Source: Geosiphon pyriformis uo1 (Eukaryota > Fungi > Glomeromycota). From it: a stretch of 64,000 bases of DNA. Where the stretch lies: assembly GCA_016748015.1 (NCBI GenBank), contig JAAOMT010000572.1:335905-399904 (forward strand), in the 5' to 3' direction. Of this stretch, positions 54,957-64,000 are shown piece by piece; the first letter of the stretch is position 1; each line of letters opens with the position of its first letter. The notes under the pieces were generated by a model. The model saw nothing but the letters and a program-made list of their open reading frames with translations, ran no database searches and was not told the origin of the DNA. Made by a program: the position numbers and the translations under genes.

Positions 54957-57900
54957 TTCTTTTATATGAGATTTGGGTTTGGTGATTTTGGTGGTTTTGG
55001 TTTGAGGCAGATAAAATTTGCCACGAAATATTTTATTTTTTGAAGGGTGCATAAAATCTTGCTCCTTTGAACGGAGAGTTTATAAAGGATTTTTGCGGGA
55101 AAAGCTTTCCGAGAAGCTCTAGAATATACATTGTGAATGAATAATAATGTTCAAATTTTCAACATTAAAAATCAAATGTTCAAGCTTCTCGAAAGCCAAA
55201 TATTTGCTCATTTTCTTTCATCCGGATAAATTGATTCTCCACCCTTTAAGACTTTACAACAATGATTTTTTTTGTTTGTAATTTTCAAATGGAAGAAATT
55301 TCTATTTATTTTGTTGTCAAATAAAATTTTTTACTAAAAAGTCATGAGGCTCTATTCAATTTTAAAAATATTCCAAATATCGATTCTTTTGATTCAATTT
55401 ACAAAAAGAAAACCCTTCCCACATTTTATCTGCTGACAGCCAACAGAACAGCTATCATTTATAAAATTGAAGATTTGAATAATTTTGATATCAAATAACT
55501 TAACAAAAGTTTTTTTTTCGTAATATTTAAGCTTCAATAGATAAGAATATAAAAAACAAACCAGTCTATTTATTAAAGTCTTTTCTATTGATAAATATGT
55601 TATTGAAAATAAACTTTTCATATCTTTTAGACATCCGAGAAACCTTTAATTGCGTTATCAAATACCGATACATAAGATTTATCTTTAAAATCTCATGGTT
55701 TTCTAAAAAAGATTAAATGTTCTAGGAACCTATCGAGGAAGCTTAAAATTTTATATAGCAATGTAAAATTGGTCTTTCAAAATTACCAGTTTCAATTCAC
55801 AACTTTATTCTATCATCCCCAAATTAATGAAAAGGCTCCCAAAACTGATTTCCAGGCTGAAAGGGTACCAAATTCAGATGAATCATTCTAAGAGACTACA
55901 TCTATTTAGGTAAACGCCTGATTAATCAATTGAATTTCCCTAATGCAGAAAATAAATGACGATCGAAAGTCTGTTTTGAAAATCAATTGCCCGATTGAAC
56001 TACGCATTCAGGGGTTCGAATCGGAGCTTTTCCTTATCATTGATTGCCAACCCATGAATATCTAAAGCGAATGAGCATGAGCCAAAAAGGCTAGAACATT
56101 GAAGCTCGAAAAAAAAGGGCATTAGTTTTTTTTATTCTATTCACAGAATTTGTAAAATTATTGAGGGATAAAATTCAAAAAAAGTACAATCGACATATTG
56201 ATTCTCAAAGATTATATAATCGATCTTTTTTTTTAAACTCTGATGAAAAACATTATATTTGCCAAATAATAGAATATGCTTTATCAATCGAATGATCATC
56301 TTTAGAATGTGAAATTATTATAGTTAATAATAGAAAATCAGAAGCTTTTTGATAAATTCACACTTAAAAGTTCCAATACTAGAAAACTGGATCATATCAA
56401 ATATGATAAAGTTTTATTAATTAAATAAAAAAAAATGGCAAAAATCCTGAACAATATTAAATAATAAATTATTTTTGTGATAAAAAGTTGATTTTCAATA
56501 AAATCATAATCAAAAGATTATAAAGAGAAATTCAATTTATTAATCAAGTGTTGCAAATAAATAAATAGATTTAACATACATAATATGTTAAGAAATTTCA
56601 GAAAAAATAAGAAATTTTTTTTATAATTATAATTGTGTAAAATATTTTTTAATTTTTCACATAATGAAAAAAAAATTCAAAAAAAAACAATAATCAAAAA
56701 TTAATAATTAATTGTCAATTTATGATGATCCTTTTTTTTTATGAAAAAATTTAATAAATATTAGTATTTAATATTTAACAAATTTTATATAATAATATTA
56801 TTAAAGTTCGAGTGAATTAGATAAAGAGCGTGTTGATCAACTTGTCATTTATTTCTTCTATCAATGGCATTAAAAAAACAAAAAAAGATTAATGAATTTA
56901 ACGTAAAAAATTTTATCAAATCGAAAAGAATATATATATATATACTTTGAATTACATTCACTACTTTCAACGATCTTTAATCCTTTTTTAAGGAAGATAC
57001 TAGATATTATATTTGTGAGATCAACTTGATTACAAATATCTGATCTCAAAAAAGTAATTTGCTTTGACAACCAATTAATTCTGACACTCATTGTCTTTGA
57101 CGCAGATTCAGACTTGTAAGAGGTAGAAGCCAATTAAGGGGAACCTAACAGGGTTAAAGGAAATTATCATTGTACATTTAAAATAAAGATCGAAGGATTG
57201 ATGAATATCAGATAATTTTTCTAAAATCCATATAAATCCAAGAATGGGAATTTATAAAAGTCGATTGGCAATTTGGAAAATGTGATATGTTATGTTTGAA
57301 GGGGTAAAATTTGAGTTGCGGGAAATAAATTAGTAACTACGCCTATTAAATGTTGATATATAAAAATGGTGTATCAAAATAAAAATATTTTGCTATAAAA
57401 AAAGCATACTTTGGTAGATCTTATATTGGGAAGTAATCATCCGAAACCTTAATTTCAAAGGCACTAAAGAAAATCAAAATTAGTAAGTTTAATTTGTTGA
57501 TTAAAATATAATAGTTGAACATACTCTTTTTTTTATTGATTTTGATTTGTTGATTTTATAATAAAGAACACATAACCACTTCTATTTACAAAAATATAAT
57601 TTGATAAGAAAATTTGAGAAAAAATATAAAGAACAATAATAAAATTTTAAATTTATAAACATAATTATCTAAATATATATTTTATAATTGTTTCTCTTTG
57701 ATTTTATCTTTTTTTGAATTTAAAAAATATCATTGTCTTTATATTTTTTCAGATTTTCACTAAAAAAAACATTATACTTTTAATTAAATTGTTTTATTGA
57801 TATTTATATTCAACATTATAAAATTAATCATAAATAAAAAATTAAAATTGTTTTTTAATATAAAATTTTGAAATAAATATATTAATTTCTTTTCAAATAT

Positions 57901-58237
57901 AATTATTAAAAATAACATACAGCCAGTATTAGTATACAGTTGTGATTTCAAATTATATAAACTTAATTAATTATGACTTCTATTGTACTTATTTTTTTAA
58001 ATGTGATTCAATATGTTTGAAATTTTAATAATAAATATTGACTTTTTTTTAATTATAAAAGCATTTATTAAAATATATAGTAATGATTGTTGCTTATTTA
58101 TTATTTTATAATATTATCAAAAAGGCTAAAAGAAAAAAAAATAATTTTTAATTTATTTTCAAACTAATTATAAATTTTGTATTTATTTTATTACTTTTGT
58201 TATAAAACCCAGAACGGAAAACCTTTCAAATTATCGA

Positions 58238-59767
58238 TTATTCCAAAAAATATGGGTTTCTTGATCTTAACCTAAAACATATATATTTAAAATACATTAC
58301 TTGATCCATCAACCAAAGCTCTAACAGTAGCTGTGGGGACGGATCAACGCTATGACTTAATAATTCTAATGCGTTATTCCAGTCTTTTTCATTACGGATG
58401 GGAAAATATTCAAAAATGTTATGGGCAAAGGGGAACTTACAAGTAAATTCTGTGATGTCCCTAATTTGGCATGAATCTTGAATTGCCAACTTAAATTCAT
58501 TCCATGACATCGAAAAAGGCACTTCAAATGTTGCTCCCTCATCATCAAAAGAGTTGGTATTTAATGAAAAGTTGAAGTGTAGATTAACCAAGAATGATTC
58601 TAGGTTTTTTGGTTCGACATTTTTGGATGATAATATATCGGTGTTCTAAATAAATGGTATTAAAAGAAATTTTTGAATTAAAGATTTCATCAAAAAAGAA
58701 TTTATGCTCAGAATTAATTATAAAGTACCTCATCCTCGGAAGAATTTTCAAAAATTGGGGCGTTGCAACGACGGCATTTGGAGGTAGCATTAGGATTTTC
58801 CTTCATATTGATCCTAATTTGTAGAATGTAACGAATATGCAGCCAAATCATTTCAAGCCTTTGCTCAGGGATATGTTCATTGGCAACAAAAGTGATCGTT
58901 GTTGCGTTTTCTATGTACAATTTTTATTAAAACTAAATCAAATCAAAAAAGATCATAAATTTTTCAAACAAAGCTCACCAATCCATTTGGTAATCTCTGC
59001 AACGATTCCCAATGTCTCAACGACAAGTATTTGGATCTAAAAAAAATTATTGCTTCAAAATGAATCGGTATAATCCTAAAACTCTTGAATGAAAACTTAC
59101 CAAATTCTTTTGTTGAGAATTCAACGTTATTGATAATGTGTCACGGCCCACCTTATTAATAAAATCTACAGCAGCAATGGGGATATACAATCTTCCCATC
59201 TTTTGATTCATTGCGACTGAAATCTTTCGCGCCATGTATCGATAATGGAAACTGGGCTGTTGACCACCATTCATATCAATGGTGAAAGTCTCTTCTCCAA
59301 ATCTGATTTCCCGAAGTTTCAATTGTATATATTCATTTCGATCAGAACGCTGCTGTGTTTGATGATGACCATCGAGGTTCGAAGTTGGAAGAACATCATC
59401 AATTCCAAACTTTCGATATTCACTTGGGTAAGATGTTGAGGTGAAGCCCCAGCTTTGGTCATTCCGCTACTTGTTTCAAGTAAACTGGTTGGTATGCATC
59501 TATCAAAAATGATAAAATAAATTGACAACTATTGGTTTACCTCATTTGCAAAAACCTTTTTATTTCTGTTATATTGAGTATAGTTTAGATGAACTGCTGT
59601 GGCATATTCTTAAGGTCAAATTTATCAACGACAAAATTCACTCGTGCAAAAACTAGACATAAAACTTTACTTTCTGTTCGCTGGGCACCAATTTTTTGAA
59701 GTGATTCCGTGGTTTCATCCAAAGATGAGATGCGAGGATCGTAGATTATCTCAGGTGACCCTGACAT
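58238..59767 (-). CDS. PH-like + CxxC + C-terminal PB1-like domain protein, copy B
   Basis: Exons 59767-59671, ~59609-59541, 59466-59101, 59036-58979, 58910-58729, 58645-58238 join in phase (first two less certain). Clear paralog of copy C: RNEYIQLKLREIRFG vs RNEYVQLRCSSLKFG; PEQRLEMIWLHIRY vs PEQRIELIWLHVAY; PIRNEKDWNNAL vs RIASEHEWISAV. Confidence 0.8.
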
Positions 59768-61319
59768 GTTGCCGGTCAAAAAAAATCCTCCAAATTGACC
59801 AGTTATTAAGGAAAGGAGAAGAATTTAATTAAAAAAAATAAATTTATCGAGCAATTGAAGATTGGTAAAATAACCCGTAAAAATTAGCTTAAATTATAAC
59901 GCGCAATAAGCCTTTGATATATTGACCTCGACTTGCAGACTATCAATCGTTACTTGAGATATTGATTTCTAACCTTTTAATCACACTAAAAAATTAAACC
60001 CTATCGAACTTGCTGATGCATCACCAAACAAATTTATTTGGTGTCAAAATTATTCTTAACACTGATAAGTCATATGATAAAACTAGGGAATTTAAAGGGT
60101 AGATGACCTCGATCCAACGTTGAATATTTCCGCAAAGTAGTATTAGAGTATAGAGTATAATTATTTTGCATTTGAATAATTAATAGCTATTATAAAGTAG
60201 ATTTATTTAATATAATATTGTTTCTATTAAATTCTTTAACACATATTATAAAATATTAACCCATTTCTTTACCGTAAATTGCTTTTAATTTCTAAAAAAA
60301 ATTTACATTCTCCGAAACTTGATTTTTTTCTTTGTCATAAATTATTAGGAAAGACCACTCCTTCGCTTGGGAGCATTATCTTGTTGAAGCCCCTTTGTCC
60401 TTATCAACTTAAAAATCTCAGTAAGTAGATTTTGCATCCATTATCCCTGTAAAAATATAAATACATATTACCTATTTTTGAAAAACCGTTAGACGAATAG
60501 GACAATTCTCCTTATATCACTGTTTCGTGGTGTTTCCAGAGAGTTGAAAATTCGTTTAAATATTGTTTCAATTGTCATTAAAGTGTTCTCGGATCGTTGG
60601 GTATTAATGGGGTGGAAATTTGTTCTTTTTTTATCCCACCAGCCGTCAATGTCTTGAAATTGTTGAATACGAGACTAGTCTACTTTTTGTGAGTTTGGTT
60701 TTCAATGTGTACAAAGAAATAGTTGTATTGTTCGTCGCGCTCTGGACGGTGATTTTCGCTGGCTAGTCCCTTTTTCTCGATCTATAATTTCAGTTTCTTC
60801 AAATTTTGTAAGGTTTGTCGTATATATTTGCAGATAGAAATCTTTGTAACATGAATTTCCTTTGCTGATTGCATGCGTGTAGTTGCAGATTAGATTTTGT
60901 CATTTCGCAGAGTTTTTAAAAAAGTCGAATAAAAAATGAAAAGAAAAAAGCCGATTAGCTCAATTTGGTATTTGCAAGACTTTAGAGACTCGTATTAAAA
61001 AACACGTTTAAGTGAAAAGAAAAATGCTAAATTAGTATATATTTATTGTAAACAATAGAAAAAGAGGGGATAGCTGTGAATACAATTTCCACATTTTTCG
61101 CTGATAAGTTGTCATAACTGTTTTTTCTGATTTTGAATCGTAGGCTAGTTTTTATAAGGTTATTTGCAAACCTTCCAAAATAAAACTTCTTCAATTGTAA
61201 ATCACGCCAATCTTTATGGCGCTAAGAATATGTCTTGTAATTAATTAAAAGAGCTTATTAAAACTAAGGCGTCTGTTGTGAAAATAACAAAGTCATTTAT
61301 TCGTCTGTTGAAAAGAAAA

Positions 61320-62654
61320 CTAACTATGTGACCATAACTCCATACATTCTTGATTGCTTATATGATCAACAGCTGATATCCATTCATGTTCACTTGCTAT
61401 TCTAAAAAACTCTTCTGTATCTTGCTCGGTCACGCCTTTATATACCATTTCTTGAATCTCAGGGATTTGTAGTGTTTCCTCAATTGCCTTCTTAATCTCA
61501 CTGTATGGTGTGAAGATGGGAAATTCAAATATTGGGATTCCATCATCAGGCGCTTTGTCGTTATCCCAATCGAAATGAAACTTGATGAGAAGTTTTTCTC
61601 CAGGTGAAGGAATCTTTTTTAGTTCGGATGCCACCTTTGAGAAGATTAGATATTTGAGAAGAAATAATTCTTAAGTTTTCGAGAAAAGTGAATGCTTTTT
61701 ACCGTGTCTCGTTTACAAATTTCAATGTTCGCCGAACAAACGAAACATTTTCTACAATCTAACTCTATAACACCCAGTTGGATATCTCTGCTAAGCATAT
61801 AAGCTACGTGCAGCCAAATCAATTCGATCCTTTGCTCCGGGGTACTTTTATTACAAATAAACGTAATATCTTGAACACTTTCTAAATGAAAGATTGTATT
61901 AGATACCAACTTTGGAGTATTTGGAATAATAATTATCTAAATACCAATTATCTGCGCAATTTGCAAGCTTCCTTCACTAGCTTCCTCATTCTCACTCGTC
62001 ACATGCATCTTAATCTATACAAAATTAGAATCGTTCTTTTGACAAACATTAATTGGATAAGCTCGAAAAAGTGGCACAAAATTAAAAACATACCAAATGC
62101 TTACGGTTCTCAAAAAGCTTCACCACTAATGAATCATTTCCTACTTTGCTCACGGCTTCCATCGCTTCAATCGGAATAGAAACGCAACCTAAATACTCAT
62201 TCATGGCGATGGTCATTCTACCATCCAAATAACGATAATGCATACTTAGATTTCTTCTGCCATGCTCTTCAGCGCCCAGGATAAAATCACCAAACTTCAA
62301 ACTTGAACATCGCAATTGAACATATTCGTTCCTATTAGGGTCATTCGAGTTGGGAAGATTAGGAGGTAAGCTTTGTCTTTTGGCTTCTTGTGGAGCTGAG
62401 CTAGAGGCGATAAATGATTTATGTTGCTCATCAAGAGAATTAAGTTGTCGAGATAACTTGGAAACAGAGTTTGATAAGGAACTAGAAATCCCGTTGTTAA
62501 GATAGGTTGGTTCAGAATCAGTCATCGTATAACTTTTATAACTGGGATCCTTAAAGTTTTTACGAAGTCTATTCTTCGCTTGAGCTGGAAGATTATAAGG
62601 AACCACGGTCATTTGCCTGGAGTGTCTCTTCGATTTTGGTGTAGGTAGGGACAT
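61320..62654 (-). CDS. PH-like + CxxC + C-terminal PB1-like domain protein, copy C (4 exons)
   Basis: Exons 62654-62094, 62014-61945, 61881-61703, 61634-61320 with GT-AG introns at the same positions and phases as copy B. Disordered basic/Ser-rich N-terminus. Confidence 0.85.
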
Positions 62655-62919
62655 TTTCTCAATCTGTCTATTTTTGAAAAAAAGGAAACTTTCCTTCGTA
62701 CAGCTTAATGTCAATCCTGATCATTCTAATAAATTTATTCCGTTAAAAAAATGCCAATTTCAGAGTTTGATTAAATTTTATCATTTTCTTTGAATCATAT
62801 TCACTAATATATCGATTGTATTTGCTGATCTAATCAATTGAAAATTAAAACATTTGCTAGTCAAATATGATTAAAAGAAATGTAGGACAAATGAAAATCT
62901 AGTTTACACCAAACCAATT

Positions 62920-63581
62920 TTAATTCAAAATGTATCCCAAACTTCCTTTGTTACCTGTACGCTCGTATTGGTTTTTAAGACGGTCAAACATATTTTGAAT
63001 TTTTCTGTTTTGATTCATGGCATAATTTTTGACTTGACGCGTTGTTCGACGTGAATTTGGATCAAAAGAAAGCTCTTTTGCGATAGAATCCCAATCAGAT
63101 GACCAACTAGGACAGCGCACTCGTGATAAAATAATCTCTTCTTCTTTAGGGGAAAGTAGGCTTTTATTTACTGATATTTTTTGAAAGAAAAAAAAAACAA
63201 ATTAGGTTCAATTCAAAATTATTAAAAAACGTAAAAATTTTTGTAAAAAGCCAAAATTTTACTCTTTGGATCGAGGTTGTAAATCCAGCTGTTTGAAAGA
63301 ATTTTCAAATAAATTTTTTTTAACTTTCAGGACTCAAAAATATGAGAAGCGTTTAGTAACTCTTACCGTTCACGACAAGAATCTGGTGTACGGTTAGGCA
63401 AATCTTCACTAATAGTTCGCCAAGGATTAGGATTTTGTTGAGAATCATAAGGTTCTATCCGCGATATCAGGAGCCTGTCCTCCTTTTTTAAAAATATTAA
63501 ACACCAATGTTAGTATCTTAAATTTAAAATTTTTGCAAAGAAATAATTTTATACCTCAGGGGTCCATTTAGAATTTGGCAT
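62920..63581 (-). CDS. Small R2R3-type Myb transcription factor, cluster copy 6 (4 exons, most divergent)
   Basis: Exons 63581-63555, 63482-63367, 63288-63263, 63170-62920. Product MPNSKWTPE|EDRLLISRIEPYDSQQNPNPWRTISEDLPNRTPDSCRE|RWIYNLDPK|INKSLLSPKEEEIILSRV..SDWDSIAKEL..RRTTRQVKNY..GSLGYILN*. Confidence 0.88.
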
Positions 63582-64000
63582 TGGGTCTCAGAAATTCTAA
63601 AAAGTTTCTTTAAAAAAAAATTTTATTGAAATGAGAAACATTTTAAAGAGCTTTATTGCATGAGGTTACATTTCCTACACAATGATATATGTCACAATCC
63701 ATTTTTAAAAATTAAAAAAAGACAATGAAGTTGTACCAATTAAAAGGTGCATTCCTAGTTTATTTATTTATTCATTAATTAATGGCATTGTCTTTAAAAA
63801 TTTTTATTTTTATTTTTCGGAAAAATATGAAAAATATGTTTCCCTAATAATGGAAAACCTTAATTTAAGGTTCAAGAATAGGTTTTTTCATTGTGTTTAA
63901 AAAAACTTTATTTCCATTCTAAACCTTTTCTGTAGCAATAGGAATGCAAAGCAATAAATAAATTTTTTGAGATTTTTTTTATCTGGTACTTGCAGCATAC

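Noticed and set aside
56820-57290. ORF 56870-57133 with an upstream FSKLPID (F-box-like) fragment
   Set aside because: Interrupted by stops and the motif is too short; not a recognisable Myb or PH-PB1 copy.
25658-63581. Interpretation as a known mating-type locus
   Set aside because: No HMG-box (sexM/sexP) or HD1/HD2 homeodomain genes and none of their usual flanking genes were seen.
1-64000. CRISPR arrays, rRNA, tRNA, prokaryotic operons
   Set aside because: No repeat-spacer arrays or recognisable structural RNAs; spliceosomal introns show the DNA is eukaryotic.

Overview
Very AT-rich eukaryotic DNA with short spliceosomal introns. Gene content (stand-alone Sel1-repeat gene, heavily C>T/G>A-decayed retroelements) suggests an early-diverging fungus, probably Glomeromycota such as Geosiphon/Ambispora (inference). 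Left part (1-23 kb): a 5'-truncated decayed LINE, a secreted GPI-anchored Ser/Thr-rich protein, a frameshifted chromate-transporter pseudogene, a PY-motif membrane protein, a Sel1-repeat protein and an SDR. Right part (25.6-63.6 kb): after hand-splicing the fragmented ORF track, this resolves into six small two-repeat (R2R3-type) Myb genes with identical 4-exon architecture (invariant 26-nt exon 3) and a shared C-terminal (M/G)S(L/I/V)xx(I/L)L(N/T) motif resembling the eh1 co-repressor motif. Interleaved with them are three related genes without a recognisable DNA-binding domain, encoding a PH-like domain (resembling the TRF2/HOY1 type) plus a C-terminal PB1-like domain. This Myb + PH-PB1 co-cluster is the best candidate for an undescribed regulatory system. 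All gene models were spliced by eye; no searches were run.
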